From: an uncultured Alphaproteobacteria bacterium | Lineage (GTDB): Bacteria; Pseudomonadota; Alphaproteobacteria; Methylaequorales; Methylaequoraceae | Direction: 5' to 3' | NCBI GenBank assembly: GCA_902563505.1 | Contig: CACEXK010000002.1 | Location: 134,884-198,883 of the forward strand | DNA length: 64,000 nt | Shown here: positions 46,599 to 58,399 of the stretch, piece by piece | Layout: the number at the start of each line of letters is the position of its first letter | Numbering within the stretch: the first letter of the stretch is position 1 | Notes under the pieces: generated by a model | Seen by the model: the letters and a program-made list of their open reading frames with translations, nothing else | Told to the model about the DNA's origin: nothing | Database searches by the model: none | Translations under genes and position numbers: made by a program

Positions 46599-47426
46599 TT
46601 AATCCCATATTATCCCTTTTATAAAACAAAAAATCAAATCAATCCTTGATAATTTGATTTTTTTTTCTAAAGGATCATATTTTTTTAGCAAATTACATAA
46701 CCTTTTGGCAATATTTAATATTATTAATGTTTCTTTTCTTAATCTCCACAATCTAATTAACTTAAGACCTTGTTTTGTATTAATTAACATATCTTCAACC
46801 TTTTTAACTAATTCCAATTTCAATTTAATAAATTTTTTAGGTGATTCTTTTGATGAGAGGCATTTTGTATTAAGACCATATTTTTTAAAAAATGATTCGG
46901 GAATATAGATTCTTTTCAGATTCAAATAGTCATCTTTACAATCTTGAAGATGATTGATGATTTGTAATGCAGAACACAATTTGTCTGATTCTCGGTAGAT
47001 TTTTTTTAAATTTTTATTTTTTCTTTGATTTTGATGAGATGCATCAATTACAAATCTACCAACTGGATTTGCAGAATATTTACAATAATAAAGTAATTCA
47101 TCCCAATCTTTATATTCTTTTTTATGAGCATCCAGCAGAAATGCTTTAAGAAGATGCCTTGAATATTTTTTACCGAAAGGAATTTTTGGAAACAAATATA
47201 TTAAATCATTTAAAGCTTTCAAGTCAGTATATTCGCTGTTACCGAGGGTTCTGTCAAAAAAATTAAGTATTGTTTTTTTTTCTTTAGAACTTAATTTTTC
47301 ATTGTCAGCAACATCATCTGCTGTTCTGGCAAAAAAATAAAATTTTTTAATTAAAAGTCCCAAGTCTCTTTTCATTATGAATGAAGAAACTGGAAAGTTT
47401 TCATCGGAATATGTTTTACCTGACAA
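46599..47426 (-). CDS. hpnC: hydroxysqualene synthase (squalene synthase family)
   Basis: Has an ENFPVSS N-terminal motif and ARTADDVADN. It sits in the hpn context. Confidence 0.8.
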   Translation of the reverse strand: MSGKTYSDENFPVSSFIMKRDLGLLIKKFYFFARTADDVADNEKLSSKEKKTILNFFDRTLGNSEYTDLKALNDLIYLFPKIPFGKKYSRHLLKAFLLDAHKKEYKDWDELLYYCKYSANPVGRFVIDASHQNQRKNKNLKKIYRESDKLCSALQIINHLQDCKDDYLNLKRIYIPESFFKKYGLNTKCLSSKESPKKFIKLKLELVKKVEDMLINTKQGLKLIRLWRLRKETLIILNIAKRLCNLLKKYDPLEKKIKLSRIDLIFCFIKGIIWD

Positions 47427-47463
47427 AATTCCAGAAATTTTTTTCTCATTTATTTTTTGTTTT

Positions 47464-48639
47464 TTAATATTTCCTCCCCTTCCAAATATTTCCGCCTCTC
47501 AAAGTATAATTGAACGCTGAATTTAAAGTCATAAAAATATAAAAAAACGCTGAAATTGGAAGAGAAAATGAATAATAAAATCTCAATTTGTAAAATCTTA
47601 TTGTAGGTATCAATGAAAATGTCATCAAAAAAATTGTAATGAGATTTATTAAAAATTCATTTTTTTTAAAGCTTGAAAATTGATTAAATAAATTGAAATA
47701 CGGAAATATGTAAATTATTAACATTCCAATAATTGAAAATATAACTAAAAATAACGAATGATTTAATTGTTCAAATGCTGTTCTAGTCACCATCTTCCAT
47801 ATTTCAGAGAGTTTTTTATAATTTCTCTGACTAGAAATTTTGTCAGTTAATCCCAGCCAAATATTACCTTTTTCTTTTAAAAGTTTTGCAATATTACAAT
47901 CATCAATAACTCTATCTTTAATCTTGGCATAAAGATTTTCTTCTTTAAAAGCTGATGATTTACATAAAATAAAACCTCCTGCTGCCGCAGCTAGATTGTT
48001 TTTTTTATTATTTACTTTACTGAATGGATAAATTTTTTGAAAAAAGTATATAAAAGACGGGATTAAAAGTTTTTCCCAGAAAGCATCACATTTTAATTTT
48101 GCCATGAGCGACACCATTATGAGTTTTTTTTCATCTAAAAATTCTAAGGTATTAGCAATCGTATTTTCTTTCATTTTTATATCGGAGTCTAAAAAAAGGA
48201 AATGAGAAAATTTTTTATTTTTTAAAAAATCAACTGCTTGATAAAGAGCCCAAACCTTACCACTCCAACCAACAGGTAATTTTTTCCCTTTTAAAATTTT
48301 GAAATTTTTAATCCCTCTTCTTTTTAGAAAAATCTCTGACTTTTCAGAGGTTTTGTCAGTGCTATTGTCATCAACAATTAAAATATATTTTTGTTTGAAG
48401 CTTTGCCTTAATATTGAATCTAGAGTTTTGGTGATATTTTTAGATTCGTTCCTTGCGGGAATCACTATACACAAATTAGCTTTGTCTAATTTATTTACTT
48501 CTTTTTTACCAAAAAAAAAATTTTCAAAAATAATTTTGTTAGTCCAGAAAAGGCTATTGATTCCAAAATCCTGTCTTGAATAAAGAAATATTAAATAGAT
48601 CCAAATAGTTAAAGAAATTGAAGAAAGAAGAAAGTCCAT
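47464..48639 (-). CDS. hpnB: hopanoid-associated family-2 glycosyltransferase
   Basis: Has an N-terminal TM segment, a GT2 core (CIVIPARNE, IVDDNSTD, FLDSD) and C-terminal TM segments. Confidence 0.75.
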   Translation of the reverse strand: MDFLLSSISLTIWIYLIFLYSRQDFGINSLFWTNKIIFENFFFGKKEVNKLDKANLCIVIPARNESKNITKTLDSILRQSFKQKYILIVDDNSTDKTSEKSEIFLKRRGIKNFKILKGKKLPVGWSGKVWALYQAVDFLKNKKFSHFLFLDSDIKMKENTIANTLEFLDEKKLIMVSLMAKLKCDAFWEKLLIPSFIYFFQKIYPFSKVNNKKNNLAAAAGGFILCKSSAFKEENLYAKIKDRVIDDCNIAKLLKEKGNIWLGLTDKISSQRNYKKLSEIWKMVTRTAFEQLNHSLFLVIFSIIGMLIIYIFPYFNLFNQFSSFKKNEFLINLITIFLMTFSLIPTIRFYKLRFYYSFSLPISAFFYIFMTLNSAFNYTLRGGNIWKGRKY

Positions 48640-48807
48640 GAAAGAATCCTAACAAAATTGCAAAAATACAACAATTTTTTAAAAAACTTTAAAAAAAAAT
48701 GTTTTCTCTTGAAATACAGTGTTATAATGTATAAATTAATGTATAATGATTAATTTTTAAACAAAAAATATATTGATCAAAAATTAGGCAAATAATAAGG
48801 AAAGGAC

Positions 48808-49620
48808 TTGAAAATGCTAAAAAAAATTATAATTTCTAGTGCGCTAGCACTTCCATTGACTCTTGCGGTCGATGCTAAAAGTTTTGAATTCCCCGAAGAA
48901 CCCCCTATTGGAGAATTGTCTGCAAATGTTAGTTACTATACTAATTACATTTGGAGAGGTGAAGAACAAACTGGGGGTATGTCAATTCAGGGTGGCTTCG
49001 ATTATTCAGTAAATTTAGTTGAGAACTATATTGATTTCTATGTTGGAACTTGGGCTGCAAATTTAAATACAAATGGTTTCGGAATGGAACTAGATTACTA
49101 TGGTGGATTTACAGGTGCTGTTCCAGGTATTGAAGATTATCTATCCTATGACGCTGGTCTGCTTTATTATGACTATCCAGGCGCTTCTTCCCAACAACCT
49201 GATGGAGATGATGCTACTGGTGGATCAGGGACCAGAAGTATGGAATTTTTAGAGTATTATGGTTCTGTAGGTATTTCTGGTCTTCCAGCTGACATAGGAG
49301 TTTCATATTACTTTGGTTATTCACCAACAGGTTTTAATGGAAATTACGATTATACTTACCATAATGTAAGTGCAGAAGTTCCTGTTCCCACAACACCATT
49401 TACATTATATGGTGGAGTAGGTTTTACTGACTCTGATACGGACGACAATGTAACCGGGGCTGGTTTTACTGATTATAAAGTTGGCGTATCAACATCAGCT
49501 TTTGGTTTAGACTGGGGCTTAGAATACACCGGTACAAGTGACTATGCTGCGAGTGGTGTAGATGAAGATACTACTGCTGGTGGAGACCATATCGTAGGTT
49601 ATGTTTCCGCAAGTTTCTAA
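48808..49620 (+). CDS. TorF-family putative outer-membrane porin
   Basis: Has a signal peptide, the N-terminal motif ANVSYYTNYIWRGEEQT, Gly/Tyr-rich beta strands and a terminal Phe. An alternative start is ATG 48814. Confidence 0.65.
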   Translation: MKMLKKIIISSALALPLTLAVDAKSFEFPEEPPIGELSANVSYYTNYIWRGEEQTGGMSIQGGFDYSVNLVENYIDFYVGTWAANLNTNGFGMELDYYGGFTGAVPGIEDYLSYDAGLLYYDYPGASSQQPDGDDATGGSGTRSMEFLEYYGSVGISGLPADIGVSYYFGYSPTGFNGNYDYTYHNVSAEVPVPTTPFTLYGGVGFTDSDTDDNVTGAGFTDYKVGVSTSAFGLDWGLEYTGTSDYAASGVDEDTTAGGDHIVGYVSASF

Positions 49621-49640
49621 TTTTCAATCCTAATTTTTTG

Positions 49641-50705
49641 TCAAATTAAAGGGCGATTTATCGCCCTTTTTTTGTTTACTTCACACAATGTAATTACTAG
49701 AAGGGAAAGTATAAGTAGTGAACCCATTTGATGTAATAGACCAAGAGAGATTGGGACATATAGTTTAAGAATGATTATTCCAAGTGTATACTGAAAAATG
49801 ATTATGAAAAGTATGGAAAAGAATAGAATCTTATAATTATAAAAAAAATTATCTCTGTAAGCTTTAAAAATTGAATGAAGAATAAATAATAGAGTTAGTG
49901 ATGCAAGTAATCTATGAAGAAACTGAAGAAAACCTTGGTCGTGAAAAAGCGTCTTAATGTCAGGTAGTTGATCGTAAAGTAATATTGGCGGTAAAATATT
50001 GTCATCCATCAGAGGAAAGTTATTATAAGACATTCCAGCATCTGTACCTGAAACAAATGCACCAGCACAAATTGTTAAAAAAAGAAAAATAACAGATATT
50101 TCAAAATTATTTTTATGAACTTTTAATTGAGAGGTTGCAAAGTATTTTGTGTTTTTTTTATTTTCCGAAAATATATTCCAAAAAAAATAAAGAAGCATTG
50201 AGTAAATAATGAATGCAGTAATTAAATGAACAGATAACCTAAAATGACTTACATCTGGCTTATCAATAAGACCACTTTTTACCATGTACCACCCCATAAA
50301 AGCCTGAAAAAATCCTAGAAAGGTTAAAGTAACAACTAATTTTTTTTCATTTTTGCTAAAACCTTCTTTTATCCATATAAAAATCAGAGGTATAAAGAAA
50401 GTCAATCCAATTAATCTGCCCCAAATTCTATGAAGATATTCCCAAAAAAAAATTTTTTTAAATTCAGTTAGTGACATTTCTGAATTCTTAATTTTATATT
50501 CTGGGAACCCTTTATAATTTTCAAAAACTATTTGCCAATCATTATGGTTTAATGGGGGTATTATTCCACTTATTAATTTCCAGTCAGTCATGGAGAGACC
50601 GGAATCTGTAAGTCTTGTGATACCACCAATAACAATCATTGAGAATACCATAAAAATATTTACAGCAAGCCATTTCAATTTTATGAGTCTAATTCTTAAA
50701 ACCAT
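49641..50705 (-). CDS. ctaA: heme A synthase (COX15/CtaA)
   Basis: 354-aa polytopic protein with the motifs GGITRLTDSGLSMTDW and EYLHRIWGRLIG, plus paired His-containing helices. Confidence 0.85.
   Translation of the reverse strand: MVLRIRLIKLKWLAVNIFMVFSMIVIGGITRLTDSGLSMTDWKLISGIIPPLNHNDWQIVFENYKGFPEYKIKNSEMSLTEFKKIFFWEYLHRIWGRLIGLTFFIPLIFIWIKEGFSKNEKKLVVTLTFLGFFQAFMGWYMVKSGLIDKPDVSHFRLSVHLITAFIIYSMLLYFFWNIFSENKKNTKYFATSQLKVHKNNFEISVIFLFLTICAGAFVSGTDAGMSYNNFPLMDDNILPPILLYDQLPDIKTLFHDQGFLQFLHRLLASLTLLFILHSIFKAYRDNFFYNYKILFFSILFIIIFQYTLGIIILKLYVPISLGLLHQMGSLLILSLLVITLCEVNKKRAINRPLI
49648..49674 (+). terminator. rho-independent terminator after the porin gene (lies within the 3' end of convergent ctaA)
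   Basis: The sequence is AAAGGGCGA-ttta-TCGCCCTTT followed by TTTT. Confidence 0.8.
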
Positions 50706-50783
50706 TTGCTATTATTAATAATTGTTAATTAATAAAATAAAATACATATTATTTGTGTATTATAAATTTATTTACATAACATA

Positions 50784-50812
50784 TTGACAGTTTATAATTA
50801 TTGTCATTAATA
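50784..50812 (+). promoter_or_regulatory. candidate sigma70-like promoter for cysH-D-NC, with an embedded TGACA-N12-TGTCA inverted repeat
   Basis: The sequence is TTGACA-17 nt-TTAATA, ending 11 nt before the cysH ATG. The inverted-repeat arms are at 50785-50789 and 50802-50806. Confidence 0.35.
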
Positions 50813-50823
50813 GAGTAAAAATA

Positions 50824-51534
50824 ATGATAGATTCAGAAAAAATATATAGCTTAAATTTGAAGGTTGAAAAATATCTACCTGAGCGGATAATTACTTTATC
50901 AATGGATGAATTCGATGGGAAAATTGCTTATGTTTCTTCTTTTGGTACAGAATCAGCTATAATTCTCCATATGATATCGAGAATAAACAAAAAATTCCCG
51001 ATTATCTTGATAAATACATATTTCTTATTTAATAAAACACTTGAATATAAGCATATGCTCTTAGAAAAAATGAATTTAGAAAATTTTAAAGAGATTTACC
51101 CTGACAATGAAACACTTCAAAATAATGATAAGCAAAATGATTTATGGAAAACCAATACAGACAAGTGTTGTGATATAAGAAAAGTTCAACCATTGAATAA
51201 AGAATTAAAAAACTATAATGCATGGATATCAGGTAGAAAGTCTTACCAGGGGTCAGAGAGAAAAACTTTAAAAGCATTCGAATATATTAATAATAAAGTA
51301 GTGGTAAATCCTCTAGTGAATTTTTCTCAAGAAAATGTCGACCAATATTTTAAAAAGAACAACTTACCTAGACACCCGATGTATGACGAAGGTTTTTTAT
51401 CTATTGGCTGCACTCATTGTACAGCAAAGCCAACTGATGTTAAAGATGTAAGGTCGGGAAGGTGGATAAATCAAACTAAAACCGAATGCGGAATCCACAA
51501 AAGATTTAAAGATTGGGAGAATAATAATGGATGA
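50824..51534 (+). CDS. cysH: adenylylsulfate (APS)/PAPS reductase, Fe-S type
   Basis: Has a PP-loop-like SFGTES motif, a Cys pair DKCCDIRK plus SIGCTHCT (the CC...CxxC cluster signature of APS reductases) and the C-terminal catalytic ECGIH. Confidence 0.88.
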   Translation: MIDSEKIYSLNLKVEKYLPERIITLSMDEFDGKIAYVSSFGTESAIILHMISRINKKFPIILINTYFLFNKTLEYKHMLLEKMNLENFKEIYPDNETLQNNDKQNDLWKTNTDKCCDIRKVQPLNKELKNYNAWISGRKSYQGSERKTLKAFEYINNKVVVNPLVNFSQENVDQYFKKNNLPRHPMYDEGFLSIGCTHCTAKPTDVKDVRSGRWINQTKTECGIHKRFKDWENNNG

Positions 51535-52324
51535 TCATTTAAAAAAACTAGAAAATGACAGCATTTATATTTTTAGACAAGCTTTTAGGTCTATTAAAAA
51601 TGTAGCAATGCTCTGGTCATTAGGAAAGGATTCGAATGTTATGGTTTGGATTGCTTTAAAGGCTTTTCTTGGGAAAATTCCATTTCCACTAGTGCATGTA
51701 GATACAGGAAAAAAATTTAAAGAAATGTATGAATTTAGAGAAAAATATGAAAAAAAATGGAATATAAATCTTATAAAAAGAAAATGCCCCCCAATAAGTT
51801 CGATTGATCCCTCTCTCCCACCTGCGGCTAGATCTGCTGCTAGAAAAACAGAAGGGTTAAAAGCAGTAATAAGAGAAAATAATTTCAAAGGTGTCATAGC
51901 AGGGATAAGGAGAGATGAGCAAGGGACGAGAGCCAAAGAAAGAATTTTTAGTCCGAGAGATGAGTTTGGAAAATGGGAGCCAAAAAATCAACCTCCAGAA
52001 TTTTGGGATCAATCAAATTTTAACTACCCCGATTCTGTTCATTTGAGAATACATCCTTTGTTAAGTTGGACAGAAATAGATATTTGGAAGTATATAAAAG
52101 AACAAAAAATACCAATTGTTGATCTTTATTTTTCAAAAAATGGAAAAAGGTACCGATCACTTGGAGATAAAGATATTACTTTCCCAGTGGTAAGTAGTGC
52201 TAAAAATCATGATCAAATAATTAGAGAACTTCAGAATACTAAAGTCTCTGAAAGATCGGGACGAGCGATGGATCATGAGCAGGAAGATGTATTTGAAAAA
52301 CTCAGAACTAGTGGATACATGTAA
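51527..52324 (+). CDS. cysD: sulfate adenylyltransferase subunit 2
   Basis: Matches the CysD family (MLWSLGKDSNVM, HVDTGKKFKEMYEFR, GIRRDEQGTRAKERIFS, and a C-terminal SERSGRAMDHE motif). Confidence 0.9.
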   Translation: MDDHLKKLENDSIYIFRQAFRSIKNVAMLWSLGKDSNVMVWIALKAFLGKIPFPLVHVDTGKKFKEMYEFREKYEKKWNINLIKRKCPPISSIDPSLPPAARSAARKTEGLKAVIRENNFKGVIAGIRRDEQGTRAKERIFSPRDEFGKWEPKNQPPEFWDQSNFNYPDSVHLRIHPLLSWTEIDIWKYIKEQKIPIVDLYFSKNGKRYRSLGDKDITFPVVSSAKNHDQIIRELQNTKVSERSGRAMDHEQEDVFEKLRTSGYM

Positions 52325-52326
52325 CT

Positions 52327-54195
52327 GTGACTCTGGAAGATGTAGAACATATCCCTAAAGTTGTCGTTGTCGGTCACATCGATCATGGTAAGTCATCTTT
52401 TATTGGTCGTTTAATGTATGATCTTGATCAGATCCCTGATGGTAAATTTGAAGAGTTAAAAGAGGTAAGTAAAAAAAGAGGAATGGATTTTGAATTTGCA
52501 TTCTTGATGGATGCACTTCAGTCTGAGAGAGATCAGGGAATAACTATTGATACGACGCAAATTTTTTTTAGAACTAAAAAAAGGAAATATGTATTTATTG
52601 ACGCCCCTGGACACAAGGAGTTTGTGAGAAATATGATAACAGGAGCATCTTCCGCTGATATTGCAATGCTAATTGTAGATGTTTGTGAAGGGGTCAAAGA
52701 ACAAACAAAAAAACATTCTTACCTCCTAAAACTTTTGGGAATAGATAATGTAATAATTCTTTACAACAAGATGGACAAAATCAAAAATGATGAAAAAAGA
52801 TACTTGTCAGTAAAAAATGAAATGGAAGAATATTTGAGAAATATAGGTATTAAAATATCAAACCAGATTCCAATTTCAGCAAAATGTGGTGACAATATTG
52901 TGAAAAAAAGTTCCAATATAAAATGGTATGAAGAAAAGGTTGTGAGTGAGGTTCTTGATGAATTTGATGTTGATTCAAAAAATGTTTTAGGTCCTTTGAG
53001 ATTACCAGTTCAAGACATCTATAAGATAAAAGATAAAAGGATCATAGTAGGTAGGATTGAGTCAGGAAAAGTTTCAATTGATGATGAGCTTCTTTTTTTA
53101 CCATCAAACGAAACTGTAAGAATCGATAGTTTTGAAGAATGGCCTGAGCCAAAAAACGATTATTTTGCTGGTGAAAGTATAGCATTTACAATGAAAGAGC
53201 AAATTTTTGTTGATAGAGGAAATTTAGTTTCTCATTCTGAAACTCCGCCAAAATTAATGCAGACTTTTGAAGCAAATATTTTTTGGCTGACACACAAAAA
53301 GTTAAATTTAAAAGGTAAGTATTTACTAAAAATTAATACAGGTGAGTATTCAGTGAGTATAAAAAATATTAAAAAAATAATAAATACAGATAATCTAGAA
53401 TCAAAATCATCATCTGGAATAATAAGAAAAAATGATGTTGCCGAGATTGTTCTTCATTCATCTCAACTCATACCAATGGATGATTTTCGAGATAACAAAA
53501 AGACTGGAAGGTTTTGTTTGTTAGATGAAGAAGAAATTATTGCAGGAGGGATAGTCGATTTATCTAATTATCCTGATCAAAGAGAGTCAAGTGTTCAACC
53601 TAATATAAAGCCTGTCGAACTTGCAGTTAAAGAAATTGATAGGTCAAATAAATTTAATCACAGATCTGCAATAATCTGGTTGACAGGTCTTTCAGGATCA
53701 GGAAAAAGTACAATAGCAAAAGAAGTGGAAAGAAAGTTATTTCTCAGAGATTTCAATGTTTTTGTTTTAGATGGTGATAATTTGAGAATGGGATTAAATA
53801 AAGGTTTGAAATTTTCAACAGATGACCGCACTGAGAATATAAGGAGAACGGCAGAAGTAGCGAAATTATTTAGTCAAGCAGGTTTTATTGTTATTGTTTC
53901 ATTAATATCACCTTATAAAAGTGAAAGGAAAAAAGCTAGAGATATAAGACCTGAAATTTTTAAAGAAATATATGTTTCTGCATCTTTAGAAGAATGCTCA
54001 AAAAGAGATGTAAAAGGTTTATATGCTAAAGCTAACAAAGGAGAGATAAAAAACTTTACAGGTATATCTTCCCCATATGAGGAGCCAGATAATCCTGATC
54101 TTATTCTAAATACAGAAGATGAATCTGTGGAGAAGAGCGTTAAAAAATTAGAAAATTTCATCGTGGAAAATTTTAGTAATTTAAAAAAAAGTTGA
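52327..54195 (+). CDS. cysNC: bifunctional sulfate adenylyltransferase subunit 1 / adenylylsulfate kinase
   Basis: Has a GTG start. The N-terminal GTPase has GHIDHGKSS, DAPGH and NKMD motifs. The C-terminal APS kinase has a P-loop (LTGLSGSGKST) and LDGDNLR. Confidence 0.9.
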   Translation: MTLEDVEHIPKVVVVGHIDHGKSSFIGRLMYDLDQIPDGKFEELKEVSKKRGMDFEFAFLMDALQSERDQGITIDTTQIFFRTKKRKYVFIDAPGHKEFVRNMITGASSADIAMLIVDVCEGVKEQTKKHSYLLKLLGIDNVIILYNKMDKIKNDEKRYLSVKNEMEEYLRNIGIKISNQIPISAKCGDNIVKKSSNIKWYEEKVVSEVLDEFDVDSKNVLGPLRLPVQDIYKIKDKRIIVGRIESGKVSIDDELLFLPSNETVRIDSFEEWPEPKNDYFAGESIAFTMKEQIFVDRGNLVSHSETPPKLMQTFEANIFWLTHKKLNLKGKYLLKINTGEYSVSIKNIKKIINTDNLESKSSSGIIRKNDVAEIVLHSSQLIPMDDFRDNKKTGRFCLLDEEEIIAGGIVDLSNYPDQRESSVQPNIKPVELAVKEIDRSNKFNHRSAIIWLTGLSGSGKSTIAKEVERKLFLRDFNVFVLDGDNLRMGLNKGLKFSTDDRTENIRRTAEVAKLFSQAGFIVIVSLISPYKSERKKARDIRPEIFKEIYVSASLEECSKRDVKGLYAKANKGEIKNFTGISSPYEEPDNPDLILNTEDESVEKSVKKLENFIVENFSNLKKS

Positions 54196-54217
54196 CAAAT
54201 TCAAATATTTTATTAAT

Positions 54218-54244
54218 TTAGCACTCGTTAGTGTAGAGTGCTAA
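54218..54244 (+). promoter_or_regulatory. CIRCE operator (HrcA binding site) upstream of groES
   Basis: The sequence TTAGCACTC-gttagtgta-GAGTGCTAA is a perfect match to the TTAGCACTC-N9-GAGTGCTAA consensus. A TTGACA -35-like hexamer lies at 54192-54197. Confidence 0.93.
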
Positions 54245-54296
54245 TAAGAGGCTCTGCAGATTGTAAGTTTGAATTGTCTAACAAAGGAGATTCTAT

Positions 54297-56262
<1,966 letters not shown>

Positions 56263-56290
56263 ATTACCCATTTGTGTAATACTTGTTTAT

Positions 56291-56323
56291 AAAAAACCCA
56301 GTATGAACTGCTGGGTTTTTTTT
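56291..56323 (+). terminator. rho-independent terminator after groEL (A-tract/T-tract flanked, potentially bidirectional)
   Basis: The sequence is AAAAAACCCAG-tatgaactg-CTGGGTTTTTTTT. Confidence 0.88.
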
Positions 56324-56771
56324 ATGGTTGGTAATAAATTCCTTTATCCATTTCTAAAAATTTTAGCCAGGTTTCTAAATTTTTTTCCTCAATTTCTACA
56401 CTGTCAAAGCCACAACGAAGCAAGAATATGTATTGATCAGGAAGAATATGCCCTGAACCTCTTATTTCATTTTTAAAATTATAGGATCTTCTCAGTTTTT
56501 TTGCTAAAGAGAAAGGTCTTCCGTCTTTAAAAGTAATAAATTTAAATTGAATTAATTTGAAATAATGGAGATCATTTTTTATGGGTCCTAATGATTGATC
56601 TGATGCTATTTCAAGGCCTAGATTAAATTTGTGTTTAGTAATTAATTTTTTTTGTGCTTCCCATAAATCAAGTGTAATTAAAATTGATTTTTTTTTCATT
56701 TCAACAAGTTCGTCAACATTTTGTATTATTTGAAATGGATTTTTTTTGACTTTGTCTCTTTGCAAAATCAC
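56322..56771 (-). CDS. DUF934-family protein (sulfite reductase-associated)
   Basis: 149 aa. The motifs FKDGRPFSLAKKLR and GHILPDQYIFLLRCGFDSVEI are typical of DUF934. It overlaps the cysI stop by 4 nt. Confidence 0.75.
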   Translation of the reverse strand: MILQRDKVKKNPFQIIQNVDELVEMKKKSILITLDLWEAQKKLITKHKFNLGLEIASDQSLGPIKNDLHYFKLIQFKFITFKDGRPFSLAKKLRRSYNFKNEIRGSGHILPDQYIFLLRCGFDSVEIEEKNLETWLKFLEMDKGIYYQP

Positions 56772-58399
56772 TTATAGAGATCCTCTTTGAATTTGTCTAT
56801 GCCCAATCTATTGAAAGCTGAGAGAAAGTCCTCATTTTTTTTTTTATTTTCTTCATAAGTTTTTAATATTCTTTCAATTGCAGGAATGAGGTTTTCAGTA
56901 GAAAATGAAGGGCCTACGATTTGGCCTATGCTGGCTTTTTCTGTTGCGGATCCTCCAAGTGTAATTTGATATGATTCCTCCCCATTTTTGTCGAGGCCAA
57001 GTATACCTATATTCCCAACATGATGATGACCGCAGGCATTGATACAACCAGAAATCTTAATTTTTAAATCACCAATCTTTTCTTGAACAGAATATTCCTT
57101 AAAATGATTACTTATTTTTTGAGAAATCGGAATAGACCTAGCTGTTGCAAGAGCGCAGTAGTCTAGTCCAGGACAACAAATTGTGTCTGTGATGAGTCCA
57201 AAGTTTGGAGTTGACAATCCAAGTTTTTTTAACCTACTCCATAATTCATAAAGATTTGAATTTAAAATATGTGGTAAAATTAAATTTTGTTCATGAGTAA
57301 CTCTTATTTCTCCATAAGAGAAATCTTTCGAGATTTTTGAAAGTTCTCTCATTTGCGATGATGTTGCATCTCCAGGAGGCTTTCCAGGAGGTTTGAGAGA
57401 TATCACAACAATTGAGTGACCACGAATTTTATGATTTATAACATTTTGTTGAAGCCAATGATTGTATTCTTTATCGCTATGTATTGGAACTTTAGAATTA
57501 GTTTTTTTTTCAATAGGTAATTTGAAAAAGTTAAAAATGTTATTAATTTCATTTTGATTTAATTCTAGACTTTTATCTGATAATTCTTCAAATTTTTCAT
57601 CTACTAATTCTTTGATTTTCTCCTGACCTAACTCATTGACTAGAATTTTTATTCTTGCCTTATAAATGTTGTCTCTTCTTCCAAGTTCATTATATACAGA
57701 TAGAATTGCTTCTAGGTAATTTAAAAGATCTTTTTTTTCCAGAAAGTCATTTATTTTCTTTGCTACATATGGGCTTCTTCCTTGCCCCCCACCCACAAAC
57801 ACCTCAAAGCCTATGGTACCTAATTTTTTTACAATTTTTAAACCAATGTCATGGACTTTTATTGCAGCTCTATCTTTTTCAGATCCCGTGACTGCTATTT
57901 TAAATTTTCTAGGAAGAAATGAAAACTCTGGGTGAAAAGTAGACCATTTTCTTATGATTTCACACCACGGACGTGGATCTTCTACCTCCTCTGAATTAAT
58001 TCCAGCCAAGTGATCACATGAAACATTTCTTATGCAATTTCCTGAAGTTTGTATAGCATGCATTTCTACTTCAGCTAGCTCAGATAAAATATCAGGTACA
58101 TCAAGAAGTTTCGGCCAGTTAAATTGTATATTTTGTCTCGTTGTGAAATGACCATAACCTTTGTCATATTTATCAGCGATTTCCGCTAACTTATTTAATT
58201 GAATATCTGATAACTCTCCGTAAGGTATTGCAACTCTGAGCATGTATGCGTGCAGCTGTAAATAAAGGCCATTCATTAATCTCAAAGGTTTAAATTCTTC
58301 TTCAGTTAGATCTCCATTGATTCTTCGCTCAACTTGAAATTTAAATTCTTTTGTTCGATTTTTGACAATCTTTTTATCTTGTTCAGTATATTTATACAT
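56768..58399 (-). CDS. cysI: sulfite reductase hemoprotein (nitrite/sulfite reductase family)
   Basis: 543 aa with two NIR_SIR repeats and siroheme/4Fe-4S Cys motifs (TICCPGLDYCALA, SGCINACGHHH). Confidence 0.88.
   Translation of the reverse strand: MYKYTEQDKKIVKNRTKEFKFQVERRINGDLTEEEFKPLRLMNGLYLQLHAYMLRVAIPYGELSDIQLNKLAEIADKYDKGYGHFTTRQNIQFNWPKLLDVPDILSELAEVEMHAIQTSGNCIRNVSCDHLAGINSEEVEDPRPWCEIIRKWSTFHPEFSFLPRKFKIAVTGSEKDRAAIKVHDIGLKIVKKLGTIGFEVFVGGGQGRSPYVAKKINDFLEKKDLLNYLEAILSVYNELGRRDNIYKARIKILVNELGQEKIKELVDEKFEELSDKSLELNQNEINNIFNFFKLPIEKKTNSKVPIHSDKEYNHWLQQNVINHKIRGHSIVVISLKPPGKPPGDATSSQMRELSKISKDFSYGEIRVTHEQNLILPHILNSNLYELWSRLKKLGLSTPNFGLITDTICCPGLDYCALATARSIPISQKISNHFKEYSVQEKIGDLKIKISGCINACGHHHVGNIGILGLDKNGEESYQITLGGSATEKASIGQIVGPSFSTENLIPAIERILKTYEENKKKNEDFLSAFNRLGIDKFKEDLYK

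Noticed and set aside
48715-48765. AATGTATAA direct repeats and TATAAT-like boxes upstream of the porin gene
   Set aside because: The spacer is AT-only, the repeats are short, and no second locus carries the same element. They cannot be distinguished from compositional noise.
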